Assembly: GCA_963832745.1 (NCBI GenBank)
Contig: CAWHVC010000005.1
Location: forward strand, 352,001-416,000
Direction: 5' to 3'
DNA: 64,000 bases
Origin: Candidatus Bathyarchaeota archaeon
GTDB taxonomy: Archaea; Thermoproteota; Bathyarchaeia; Bathyarchaeales; Bathycorpusculaceae
Both the position numbers and the translations under genes were made by a program. Positions within the stretch are counted from its first letter, which is position 1. Each line of letters starts with the position of its first letter. Of this stretch, positions 1-9,499 are shown piece after piece. The notes below the pieces were generated by a model that was given only the letters and a program-made list of their open reading frames with translations, had not been told where the DNA came from and made no database searches.

Positions 1-522
1 GATTCAAATGTTTCTAATGAAGACTTTGAAGAATCTAGGCGCACACTTCTCAACACTTATCACGCCGCTGTTCAAAACCACGTGGGTTATCTTATTGCAC
101 TTATTATTGGCTTTATAACAGTTCCTTTTTATGCAGAACCGTTCCTGAGTAGCTATACTATAGCTATTTACTTAGGAATCATTTTTTTGATGTTCCTGGA
201 TTTACTCAGGATTTTTTATTGGTCAAACTTTCTCAGTCTTGCCATAACTACATCGAAAAAACGAGCGTTAGATCATTTTAACAAAGTTAATCTTGAGATA
301 GGGGTTCCATACCCCAAAAGCAATGTTGCACCTTCAACTGCAATCCTTCAATACTCCATTAAAGAAAGTCTGTTAGAAGCAATTGCTCAAGATAAATCAC
401 GTAAAAGACGACTGGCAATTTGGGTTCAATTATTTTTTTCCCACAATCTGCCAAATAAAAAGAAAAGCGAAAAAAAAGGAATGCAAGTGCCAATTCCTGT
501 GATTTCAAAACAAGCAAACTAA
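1..522 (+). CDS. hypothetical membrane protein, 5'-truncated by the window edge
   Basis: Frame is open from base 1 (DSNVSNEDFEESRR...) into the ORF-track protein; two hydrophobic segments. Confidence 0.55.
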   Translation, partial: DSNVSNEDFEESRRTLLNTYHAAVQNHVGYLIALIIGFITVPFYAEPFLSSYTIAIYLGIIFLMFLDLLRIFYWSNFLSLAITTSKKRALDHFNKVNLEIGVPYPKSNVAPSTAILQYSIKESLLEAIAQDKSRKRRLAIWVQLFFSHNLPNKKKSEKKGMQVPIPVISKQAN

Positions 523-560
523 CCTAGAAATAAAATTTACTTAGAAGACAAGGGTATATT

Positions 561-640
561 CTTGCTTGAAGGGTTGTATCTTTTTGTCGTTACCCTTTTG
601 CCGTTTACGATTTTTGTTGCTGAGTTGATGTTTGTGGTTA
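561..640 (-). pseudogene. relic copy of the cbiH 3' end
   Basis: Translates to NSATKIVNGKRVTTKRYN versus NSATKVVNGKMVTARGYD in the cbiH tail (2703-2790); many DNA differences are at third codon positions. Confidence 0.7.
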
Positions 641-1153
641 TTGTTCTTGTGTTTCTATGGCTACTTCGTTTCTGCGTAGGAATCCGGGTATGTATGGTGG
701 GTTGTATAGCATTGTGAAGGTGTTGCCTTTGGTTTTGATTCCTGCTTTTGTTAGTTCGTTTAGTAGTGTTTGTGTTTCTTTTTCGAAGTGTTTTTCTGAC
801 CATCCGCCGGAGAAGCATATGGCTGCAACTGTTCGGCTGGGGATTTCCACGATTTGTACTCGGTTGTCTAACGGTTCAGGTACCGTGTCGATGGTTAACT
901 CTTTTGGCATTACAAAAGCCATTGAGTTGTCCTCTGACAGGACGGGGGAGGTCATCTTAATTTTTTCTGAAACAACAGGACTGGTCATTTTGACTTTCTG
1001 TTTTCTGGAATTGTTACCGGTTATGAAATTGTAAAGCAGACTAAAGGCGTCGGCTTGGGGGTCGGTTACTTTGGCGACAACGATTTTGGGGTATCTTCTA
1101 ATTTCCACGTTACCTACTTCACAGACAACTTCATACTTTATAGTTTCAACCAA
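638..1153 (-). CDS. SOUL family heme-binding protein
   Basis: VETIKYEVV, EIRRYP, FSLLYNFITGNN, KMTSPV, MAFVMP, YNPPYIPGFLRRNEV motifs; likely TTG start at 1153. Confidence 0.9.
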   Translation of the reverse strand: MVETIKYEVVCEVGNVEIRRYPKIVVAKVTDPQADAFSLLYNFITGNNSRKQKVKMTSPVVSEKIKMTSPVLSEDNSMAFVMPKELTIDTVPEPLDNRVQIVEIPSRTVAAICFSGGWSEKHFEKETQTLLNELTKAGIKTKGNTFTMLYNPPYIPGFLRRNEVAIETQEQ

Positions 1154-1223
1154 AACATTCGCCTTCAACTTCACTAAATAATGTGATAATTGAATTAATT
1201 TAACCACTTTTACTGTTTACCGC

Positions 1224-1703
1224 TTAGGGCGATTTCAAGCCTCTCTCAGCCGTTACATTGTACAGTTTCACAATGAGCATTTCTTGGTCTTCATTAAGTA
1301 TGCCCCAACCCTCCTTGCCATCAAAACCGTGTGCAAACAAGAATTGCGGCGAAAGCTTCTCCTTGCCTGTCTCAGCCATTTTTTCGATAACTTTTCTTTT
1401 TTCCTCTGAATCTTGCACAGCCTTCAACGTGCCATACAAAAGAACAAAACAGTATTCGCTGAAATCAGGCTTATAATTTTCAATTTCCACACAGACCTGT
1501 TTGCCTTCACTAAGAAAGCTTATTTTGTCCCCGTAATTGGTGAAGTGAAAATACAGGTGGCTGTCCATGTACACGTATTGGAAAGGGGATATTTGTGGGC
1601 CATCTTTGCCGTTGAAGGCTATTCTGCAGAGGTATTGGTTACGGATTGCTTCTTCTATTTCGTTTTTATTCATTGATGGCAGTTTTATCAGATTCAAATT
1701 CAT
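1224..1703 (-). CDS. pyridoxamine 5'-phosphate oxidase-like (NimA-type) flavin-binding protein
   Basis: CRIAF, P-F-YVY, LYFH..YGDK, VCVEIE pattern of the split-barrel FMN-binding family. Confidence 0.8.
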   Translation of the reverse strand: MNLNLIKLPSMNKNEIEEAIRNQYLCRIAFNGKDGPQISPFQYVYMDSHLYFHFTNYGDKISFLSEGKQVCVEIENYKPDFSEYCFVLLYGTLKAVQDSEEKRKVIEKMAETGKEKLSPQFLFAHGFDGKEGWGILNEDQEMLIVKLYNVTAERGLKSP

Positions 1704-1822
1704 TCTTCCCCGCTAAACAGTAAAACGCTTCCATAGCTTCATTGCAAAAAATTATAAATAAGTTTAACGAAACTGTATACTTGAGGCTTATTTGTTTATA
1801 TTGATACAAATGAGGCTTTTTT

Positions 1823-2647
1823 ATGGATTACAAGGAAAGGCAAGAAATAATTTCCAAGTCGCCGATTTCTTTTAGTTACCTGAAACGTATCAACATTGCC
1901 GCGGGAATCCTTCATTTAATACAAGGATTACTTATGCTTTCACTTGGCTTATTAATAAGCTGGACACAAGATATTTACACGTTCTACCTAAACTTCAACA
2001 TAATAAGCACAAACCCCTTCACATTCCAAGTAGTTCCAAACCCCCAAATAGTTTTCACCATAAGCTATTTAGGCGTAATTTTAGCGTCTTTCCCATTAAT
2101 TTCCGCAATAGCCCACTTCACAATAGCCTTTCCCAAAAACAAGCAATACAACCAAAACCTCTCAAAAGGCATGAACCCTTACCGTTGGTGGGAATACGCG
2201 TTTTCAAGCACAATCATGATTGTTTTAATTGCAACTTTTGTAGGCGTCTGGGACCTTTGGTCACTAGTACTAATCGGAATACTAAACGCGTCAATGATCA
2301 TGTTTGGCCACCTAACCGAAAAAATAAACCAAAAAACCGAAAAAACAGATTGGTCCGCATACCTGTACGGTTGCATAGCAGGCGGCACACCATGGATTGT
2401 TCTGTACGCCTACTTTATTGCCGCTTTGGGTTCAACTGAAACACAGCCTCCAACTTTTGTCTACTTCGTTTTGCTGATTTATTTTGTCCTGTTCAACTCG
2501 TTTGCGGTAAACATGCTTCTGCAGTACAAAGGGGTTGGCAAATGGAAAGATTACCTGTACGGCGAAAGAGTCTACATTATACTAAGTTTTGTTGCAAAAA
2601 CCTTCTTGGCATGGATAGTTTTCATAGGCATTTTCGCGCCCTTCTAA
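1823..2647 (+). CDS. heliorhodopsin (HeR)
   Basis: Seven TM segments; ILHLIQG (TM1 His), SAIAHF (TM2 His), NPYRWWEYAFSS (Arg, counterion Glu), YLYGERVYIILSFVAKTFLAW with the SxxxK retinal lysine. Confidence 0.95.
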   Translation: MDYKERQEIISKSPISFSYLKRINIAAGILHLIQGLLMLSLGLLISWTQDIYTFYLNFNIISTNPFTFQVVPNPQIVFTISYLGVILASFPLISAIAHFTIAFPKNKQYNQNLSKGMNPYRWWEYAFSSTIMIVLIATFVGVWDLWSLVLIGILNASMIMFGHLTEKINQKTEKTDWSAYLYGCIAGGTPWIVLYAYFIAALGSTETQPPTFVYFVLLIYFVLFNSFAVNMLLQYKGVGKWKDYLYGERVYIILSFVAKTFLAWIVFIGIFAPF

Positions 2648-2702
2648 CATCCGCTTTTTCTATTTCAAACCTAAAAAAGAGACAAAAAAAGTCAAATGAA
2701 AA

Positions 2703-3534
2703 TTAGTTTGCGAGATCATATCCTCTAGCCGTAACCATCTTACCGTTAACAACCTTAGTCGCCGAGTTGCCAACTACGATGAGTGGTTAGCATGTCAATG
2801 TTTTCATTAAGTAGGTTTTTCAGTGCCGTGATTTTTGCTTCTTGACCTTCACGCCCCGCCTGCCTTACGATGCCAACTGGAGTATCTGGCTTGATGTATT
2901 TCATCATTATTTCGTAGGCTTTTGTTAAAGGTTCGGTTCTACCTTGACTTTGCGGGTTATAAAGCACTATAGACATGTCTGCTTGTGAAGCCAACTCGAG
3001 ACGTTTCTCAATCTTCTCCAATGGTGTAAGCAAGTCGCTAAGGCTGATGACGGCAAAATCGCTAATCAACGGCGCACCAAGAATAGCTGAGGCAGCGGTT
3101 GCAGCAGTTACACCCGGAATAACTTCAACGGGGCACTTGGTTTTTTCTTGAGCAGCAACTTCCAAAACTACGCCTGCCATGCCGTAAACGCCGGGGTCGC
3201 CACTGCTGATCATGACAACTTTGTATTGCTCATCGGCTTTCATTACGGCGATTTTAGCGCGTTCCACCTCTTTGCCCATAGTGCCAGAAATAATTTCAGC
3301 ATCTTTGCGGACGATACCCTCGATAAGTTTGATGTACGTGCCGTAACCGACAACCACGTCAGCTTCTTCAATTGCCGCTCGTGCCTTAGGCGTCATGTGC
3401 TCAAGGCTGCCAGGGCCTATGCCAACTACGCTTATTCGCCCTCGGCTATCGCTACAGTCGTTCCGTTTTGCTTGACTTTTTTGAGTATCAGTTTTGAATT
3501 CTTTCCCGCTATTATTAGTGCTGCTCGTTCGCAA
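2703..3534 (-). CDS. cbiH: cobalt-precorrin-3B C17-methyltransferase, frameshifted near the 3' end (extra base at about 2781)
   Basis: VVGIGPG, ISSGDPGVYGMAG, DFAVISLSDLLTP; conserved tail IVVGNSATKVVNGKMVTARGY continues in the +1 frame to TAA at 2703; start uncertain. Confidence 0.9.
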
Positions 3535-4517
3535 ACTCCTCCAACACCGATTTTTTCCTGAACCATTTCTGAGTCCATAGATAAATCGGGATGCTTTAAA
3601 CTACGAAGTGCATCCACGCTTAAAAAATCAAGCGGCGCACCAAACAGTTTAGCGGCATCCGCCATTGCAGCAGAATCACGCTTAATATCCACTGAAGCAA
3701 ACCTGTCAATCCGCCCCGTTGACAACCCGACGGTTTTCATAGCTTGGTTTACGGCTTCAACGAGGTGGTCGCAGTGGCTATCTTTGCGGCAACCCAAACC
3801 CACAATGATGCTTCGAGCCCGTAGGATAGTGAAGGGTTTGCCGAAATGGTCAATCTGCAACGGTTCCCGAGTTACAACTGCACCTGCCTCATAGCCCTCC
3901 AAAATTTGAACTGCCTCCTCACCATTGGCTGCCCGTTTGATTTCGTAACCGTTAATCACATCCGTTGGAATCCTAACGTCTCCAACCAAAACCAACGCCA
4001 CACTATCCCCATTAACAATCGCGGCGTTAACGGGCGCCAAGCTTTCAGGGTTTTCAATCGTTAAATGCAGAATCTTAGCAAGCTCATCAACACTCTGTTT
4101 CCCCAAGGAGTCCGACGCCGTAGTGATAACGGGTGTTGCACCTGTACCTTTAGCGATGATTCTGGTCAAAGCGTTAGCTCCCCCATAATGCCCCGCGAGC
4201 AGGCTAATGACAAATTTTCCGGATGCGTCAACGCCGATGACTGCGGGGTCAGTAAGCTTGCTTTCCAAATAGGGTGCAACTGCACGGATGGTTATTCCTG
4301 TTGCCATGACGGCGACGATAGCGTCGAGTTTGCAGTAGTTTTCTTTAATAAAATCCCCAAATTTAAGCTCCATCTCTGCTACGCCGGGTTGGCTGTACTT
4401 TTTAGGAGCAAAAACAGAAGAAATGAAACCCTCACAGTCAAGGGCTTTTTTGATGTTTAGGGCGGTTTCTACGCCACGCCGGGTTAAGGCGACTACAGCT
4501 ATGCCCTTAGGGTACAT
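3432..4517 (-). CDS. cbiG: cobalt-precorrin-5A hydrolase
   Basis: MATGITIRAVAP, DPAV, SLLAGHYGGAN, VITTASD, GLGCR, GVCERAAL; ATG at 4517. Confidence 0.93.
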   Translation of the reverse strand: MYPKGIAVVALTRRGVETALNIKKALDCEGFISSVFAPKKYSQPGVAEMELKFGDFIKENYCKLDAIVAVMATGITIRAVAPYLESKLTDPAVIGVDASGKFVISLLAGHYGGANALTRIIAKGTGATPVITTASDSLGKQSVDELAKILHLTIENPESLAPVNAAIVNGDSVALVLVGDVRIPTDVINGYEIKRAANGEEAVQILEGYEAGAVVTREPLQIDHFGKPFTILRARSIIVGLGCRKDSHCDHLVEAVNQAMKTVGLSTGRIDRFASVDIKRDSAAMADAAKLFGAPLDFLSVDALRSLKHPDLSMDSEMVQEKIGVGGVCERAALIIAGKNSKLILKKVKQNGTTVAIAEGE

Positions 4518-5283
4518 TGGCGTCTTCGCCTTTGCGGAAGCCAGTGGTAAATGTGGGGTCATACAACTTCGATAAATCATAGGCTTTTGGATTCATAACT
4601 TTTCCTACAAAAATCAAAGCCGTCTCGGTTATGCCCTGTGCTTTCACTTTCTCCGCAATGTCCCCAACGGTGCCAAGGACGATTTTCTGTTCAGGCCACG
4701 TAGCCTTATACACAACCGATACTGGGGTGTCTTTGGGGTAACCACCCTTTTCAAGGTCAACCATAACTTTGGCAATCTGTGGTGTACCAAGGAATATGAC
4801 CATTGTTGCTTGATGCTGCGCCAGTTTAATGATGCTTTCCGCTTCAGGCACTGGAGTTCTGCCAGCGGGGCGCGTAATAATGATGGTTTGGGAAATGTTT
4901 GGCAGGGTTAATTCTCGGTTCAAAGCGGCTGATGCACCAAGTAGGCAACTAATACCGGGAATACGCCAGTAACCAACCCCTTCCTTGTCAAGCCCATCCA
5001 TTAATTCTTGGATTGCACCAAAAAAGCTTGGGTCACCATCGTGCAGACGGACAACGTTTTTGCCTGCTTTGACGCCTGCAACCATTACTTTTATCATTTC
5101 TGGCAAACCCATTTTGGCGCTGTCATAAAGCTCTGCACCCTTTTTGGCGTATTTGAGGTATTCAGGGTTAAGTAGGGAGCCCGTGTAGACTACGATGTCT
5201 GCTTGTTCAAGGTAACGTTTGCCTTTCAGCGTAATTAATTCGGGGTCACCGGAACCTGCACCGATAATTACAACCTTATCCAT
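4507..5283 (-). CDS. cbiF: cobalt-precorrin-4 C11-methyltransferase
   Basis: IGAGSGDPELITLKG, YTGSL, RLHDGDPS, ELTLPNISQTIIITR, VYKATWPEQ. Confidence 0.95.
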   Translation of the reverse strand: MDKVVIIGAGSGDPELITLKGKRYLEQADIVVYTGSLLNPEYLKYAKKGAELYDSAKMGLPEMIKVMVAGVKAGKNVVRLHDGDPSFFGAIQELMDGLDKEGVGYWRIPGISCLLGASAALNRELTLPNISQTIIITRPAGRTPVPEAESIIKLAQHQATMVIFLGTPQIAKVMVDLEKGGYPKDTPVSVVYKATWPEQKIVLGTVGDIAEKVKAQGITETALIFVGKVMNPKAYDLSKLYDPTFTTGFRKGEDANVP

Positions 5284-6053
5284 TAAGCTGCACCTTTACT
5301 GTTTTTTATGAGCCGGTTTTTCTTAACAATTGCTATTGTAAAGTAATCCTCGTTAATAATCCAGTTAAAAGCGTCACCAAGTCTGCCAACAGTTACCTCC
5401 TCATTTGGCATACTGCAACGTCGAACAAGCGCGATTGTAGCGTTTTCTTTAAAACCTGAACGCTCCAAAATCGGAATCAACTCCTTGAGCCGATAAGCAC
5501 ATTTAATAAAAACCAAATTGTCGGAATGTTTAGCTGCCTCTTCAACCAGTCTAGAATCAAGATTAGAAGGGATAACTGTGATTAACTCCTCTTTTTCTGC
5601 CAAGGGAATTCTTGCACTTGCCGCACAAGCGTTAAAAGCGCTTACGCCCGGGATAATTTCAAGTTCAAGGTCTGAGTGTTCATTTTTCAGGCTCTGGTAC
5701 AGGTAAATAAATGTACTGTAAAACATTGGGTCGCCCAAAGTGATGAAAACCACGGTTTTGTCACCGTCAGCTTTTTCGGCAATGATGTTTGCGTTCTTGT
5801 CCCATAAAGCTTGGTTGCTTAAGTCGTCTTTAGTCATGGGAAAAATCAGTTCAAGCATCTCCGGCGGCACCGTACGTTCAGCAAGAATGGGTTTAATCAT
5901 TGTAACTGCAAGGCTTGGCTTGTCAACGTTAGATTTTGGAATACAAATAACATCAGCTGCCCGTAAGGCTTTTGCTGCTTTAAGCGTGATTAATTCTGGG
6001 TCACCTGGACCTACACCGATACCAATGAATTTACCAGCCAATTCACAGTTCAC
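5283..6053 (-). CDS. cbiL: cobalt-precorrin-2 C20-methyltransferase
   Basis: GIGVGPGDPELITLKA, FPMTKD, FITLGDPMFYSTF. Confidence 0.93.
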   Translation of the reverse strand: MNCELAGKFIGIGVGPGDPELITLKAAKALRAADVICIPKSNVDKPSLAVTMIKPILAERTVPPEMLELIFPMTKDDLSNQALWDKNANIIAEKADGDKTVVFITLGDPMFYSTFIYLYQSLKNEHSDLELEIIPGVSAFNACAASARIPLAEKEELITVIPSNLDSRLVEEAAKHSDNLVFIKCAYRLKELIPILERSGFKENATIALVRRCSMPNEEVTVGRLGDAFNWIINEDYFTIAIVKKNRLIKNSKGAA

Positions 6054-6654
6054 CTAAAGTTTTTGAAGCTGACACTATCGTTATGGGGTTTCTCGCAATC
6101 ATCATAATTCCACTTTTAATCTGCTTTCCTTTCGCTACTGAGACTTGGGTAACGTCAACATCTTTAAAGCCCAACTGCTTAAGCTCATCAATTGCGGTGA
6201 CTGCTGTTTCCAAAAGAATAGCATTAACAACAACCCTGCCATTAGGCTTAAGTTTGCCTTGAACAGCACACAGAATCTCGCGCAGGTTCATGGTTCCGCC
6301 AACCAGCACGGCGTCCGCAATTGGAAAATCCGCCAAACCTTCAGGAGCTTTTCCCTGTTTAACAACGGCGTTGTTTTGGACGCCAAATTTTTCAACGTTA
6401 CTTTGAGTCAATTTAGCAGCGACTGGGTCTTCATCAATCGCGTAAACCTTTCCTGACGGGGCAACTTGGAGCGCTGCTTCAACAGTTAAGCCGCCGGTAC
6501 CACAACCAATGTCAATGACGGTGTCACCTTCACAGAGCCGGGCTTTGGAAATAGTTAAAACACGTACGTCAACCTTTGTTGGACCCGGCACGTTCTCGTC
6601 TGTATTGAAGTATTCATCTGGGACGCCTGGTGTTTTGTAATTCCAAATCTTCAT
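6043..6654 (-). CDS. cbiT: cobalt-precorrin-6B C15-methyltransferase (decarboxylating)
   Basis: PGVPDEYF, PTKVDVR, DIGCGTGG, ARNPITI. Confidence 0.93.
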   Translation of the reverse strand: MKIWNYKTPGVPDEYFNTDENVPGPTKVDVRVLTISKARLCEGDTVIDIGCGTGGLTVEAALQVAPSGKVYAIDEDPVAAKLTQSNVEKFGVQNNAVVKQGKAPEGLADFPIADAVLVGGTMNLREILCAVQGKLKPNGRVVVNAILLETAVTAIDELKQLGFKDVDVTQVSVAKGKQIKSGIMMIARNPITIVSASKTLGEL

Positions 6655-7325
6655 TATGCATCCTCACATTTTGCTTTGATAACCATAACACATAAACCGC
6701 CAAAATCAGCAGCGGAAACGTCCTCTAATCTGCTGGGGGTAACCTTTTCATTACTTAATGTCAGGTTTTCACAGATGAACACTGGCATCTTTGAGTCAAA
6801 CCCTGCTTTAATCAGAAAAATTGCGATTTCTTTGGGCGAAAAAGCCCGTGCATCAGGCAAAAGCATCACGTCCCTGCCCGCTTTTAAGCAAGCAGCCAAC
6901 TCGCTTTTTTTCTCTGTACTTACGTTGCCTTGATGAAAAGTGAATAAGGAGACCTCATCCCAACTTAGCCTCAGTCGAGCAGCACAAACTTGAACCGCGC
7001 TTACTCCGGGAACCACGTTGATTTCATTTGCCGTGATTAGTTTGGTGTTTAGAACCGATTTTAGTAGACCAGAGAAACCTGGGTCGCCGGTTGATAGGAC
7101 TGCGACGGTTTTGCCGTTTTTGGCTGACTCAATTGCGTATTTGAGCAGGGTATTGAGGTTTTTTGCCGTTAACACTTGGGTTTCGCCGTGTATGTCACTG
7201 CTGAAAAGATCCAAGCTGCGTTGTGCCCCAATAACTATTTCAGCTTCAGCGACGGTTTTATGTACCACTGGGGTAACGTAATCTGCCCCGCCGGGTCCAA
7301 CGCCTACTATGTTAAGTTTGACCAC
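6654..7325 (-). CDS. cbiE: cobalt-precorrin-7 C5-methyltransferase
   Basis: IVGVGPG, LSTGDPGFSGL, VVPGVSAVQ, ENLTLSNE. Confidence 0.92.
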   Translation of the reverse strand: MVKLNIVGVGPGGADYVTPVVHKTVAEAEIVIGAQRSLDLFSSDIHGETQVLTAKNLNTLLKYAIESAKNGKTVAVLSTGDPGFSGLLKSVLNTKLITANEINVVPGVSAVQVCAARLRLSWDEVSLFTFHQGNVSTEKKSELAACLKAGRDVMLLPDARAFSPKEIAIFLIKAGFDSKMPVFICENLTLSNEKVTPSRLEDVSAADFGGLCVMVIKAKCEDA

Positions 7326-8416
7326 GGCTTATTGTCCCTCGCATTCTTGTCCATTCCTAAAACTTTGCCATCCATGGCAACGATAACTATACTAATTTTT
7401 AATTTATCATCCACTCTGTCACTGACGCGTTGGTGAACTCGAGCAGCTATTCTATTGTAAGTTTTCTCCAAAAGGTCAACTTTCCGCAGGATTTCTGAGG
7501 CTTCATCAGACGTGTTAGCAGCTAGCAAGTCGTTGATTGTTTGGGTTGATGCTCCAACAGCGCCAGCGTAGGACGCGATTACTTCGTTGCGTGCATCTCC
7601 GACTTTATGATGCGTGTTGAAAATGTTTGCTGCAAGCTTGACGATTTTGCCTGAGTGACCGATGAATATGATTTCTTTAACATCTTTTTCGATTGCTTTA
7701 TCAAGCATGTAACCAACGAAGTCGCCTGTTTGAACAATTGCATCTTCAGGGATGCCGAATTTTTCTTTTGCAATTTTTTCGCCTATGTTGCCTGGAACGT
7801 AAATTATACGTTTGTAGCCTCGGGCGATGGCAACGTCAATTTGCGGCACGAGTGAACGCCTACATGCTTCAAGCGACAACGGTTTCACAACGCCGGTAGT
7901 GCCAAGGATGGATACGCCGCCTTTAATGCCTAGTTTGGCGTTTGTGGTTTTTTTGGCGATGTTTGCTCCTTCTGGAGCGCTTATGGTTACTTCGACGCCT
8001 TTACCTTCTGGCAATGCTTCTTTTACAGCTTCAGTTATCATGCTTCTGGGTACAGGGTTAATTGCTCCTTCGCCGACTGGAACCTGCAAGCCCGGTTTAG
8101 TGACTACACCGACGCCAACACCGCTTTTAATAGTAACTTTTCCGTCGTCAGTAATTTTGACGGTGGCAATTATCTCCATTTTGTCGGTGGCGTCGATGTC
8201 TTGGCCTGCATCTTTCACGGCTACTGCTTGAGCGGTGTCTGTGGCGAGTTTTCTGCTAGATTTAACTGGCACTTCAAAACGTAAACCAATAGGTGTAGGA
8301 ATAACTACTCGGTCTACTGGCTCTTTAAGGGCTGCTATTGTTGCCGCTTTGGCTGCTGCCGCCGCGGTTGCGCCTGTTGTTATGCCGTATTTGAGAAACC
8401 TCGCCATAATTTTCAC
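7307..8416 (-). CDS. cbiD: cobalt-precorrin-5B C1-methyltransferase
   Basis: GITTGATAAAAAKAA, KDAGQDIDATD, AINPVPR, GIKGGVSILGTTGVVKP. Confidence 0.96.
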   Translation of the reverse strand: MKIMARFLKYGITTGATAAAAAKAATIAALKEPVDRVVIPTPIGLRFEVPVKSSRKLATDTAQAVAVKDAGQDIDATDKMEIIATVKITDDGKVTIKSGVGVGVVTKPGLQVPVGEGAINPVPRSMITEAVKEALPEGKGVEVTISAPEGANIAKKTTNAKLGIKGGVSILGTTGVVKPLSLEACRRSLVPQIDVAIARGYKRIIYVPGNIGEKIAKEKFGIPEDAIVQTGDFVGYMLDKAIEKDVKEIIFIGHSGKIVKLAANIFNTHHKVGDARNEVIASYAGAVGASTQTINDLLAANTSDEASEILRKVDLLEKTYNRIAARVHQRVSDRVDDKLKISIVIVAMDGKVLGMDKNARDNKPWSNLT

Positions 8417-8418
8417 CT

Positions 8419-9499
8419 TTAACCGTAAAGCTTGCCTTCAGCAAGAGTTAGTAACGCGTTAAACACTGCAACAGCGATTGTGCTGCCGCCTCTACGTCCA
8501 CGAGTTACAACATATGGAACAGAAAGCTTTTCCACAACTTCTTTAGATTCAGCTGCCCCAACAAAACCCACTGGAACCGCAACAATTAATGCAGGTTTAA
8601 CTTTTCCTGTGTTAATCTGGGCAGCAAGTTCAAAGGCTGCGGTTGGAGCATTACCAATTAAGACGATGGCGCCGTCTAAGCCGTCTTTTATGGCTAAACG
8701 CATAGCAGCTGCCGCGCGGGTTAAGCCTTCCTTTTTAGCAAGGTCCATGGCACGTTCGTCATTCATGTAAGTGTATATTTTGCTGCCAAACTTTTTCAGT
8801 CTGGCCTCATTTATGCCTGCTTTAACCATTTTCACGTCGGTTACAATTTTTGCGCCTGCTTTAATGGCGTCTACACCCGCTTTAACTGCGTCATCGCTGA
8901 TTACTATGAGTTTGGCAAATTCTGGGTCTGCGGTTGTATGAACAACCCGTTCAACGATAGGAACTTTATCTTTAGGCAGTTTTGCTAAGTCTTCGCTGAT
9001 AGCTTGACGGATGAGCATCATACTTTTGTCCACTATTTTGCCTGATTCTGCAACTGAGTAAGCATCCAAGATTTCGCCGTCTTTCTTTACTTGTTGACCT
9101 ACTGCTTTGAAGGCTTTTTCTTCTAAAATGTCGGCGATGCGTTCATCACTACCCAACGGTTCACCATAAACAAGTTCAACTCCTTTAGTTTTAAGTTGGG
9201 GTTCTCTCTCTTTTACACCAATTAAGCCAGGGATGTCTTCGGTTGTGTGGACACCGGGGGCAAGAAAAGCGGGAACCAGCACGATTTTTGATACGCCTTT
9301 TTCTGCAACAATGTCAATTGCTTCGTTAACGCTTGGAGTGTCACGTATCATAAAAGCGATTTCTACAACTTTGAATTTGCCGTGGCTTCGCAGCATTGTC
9401 AGCTAGCTTTTCAAGGTTTTCTCGATTGTGAGGTAGTTTACTGCCGTGTCCGATTAGGATTAAACCAACATTATCTAACGTTTTTGATGTCAAAACCAT
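8419..9499 (-). CDS. cbiX-cbiC: CbiX sirohydrochlorin cobaltochelatase fused to CbiC precorrin-8X methylmutase, frameshifted at about 9397
   Basis: N-terminal LILIGHGSK (ORF 9341-9538, ATG 9499) joins VPAFLAPGVHTTEDIP in another frame; CbiC motifs RVVHTTAD, IGNAPTA, PVGFVGAAESK, RGGSTIA. Confidence 0.9.

Noticed and set aside
537-818. 93-aa minus-strand ORF
   Set aside because: Mostly an alternative frame of the SOUL gene; only its last ~30 codons matter, as the cbiH relic
3465-3490. CTC AAA AAA GTC as a programmed -1 slippery site joining cbiG and cbiH
   Set aside because: Not a canonical X XXY YYZ heptamer in the cbiG frame, and shifting there would drop the conserved TVAIA end of CbiG
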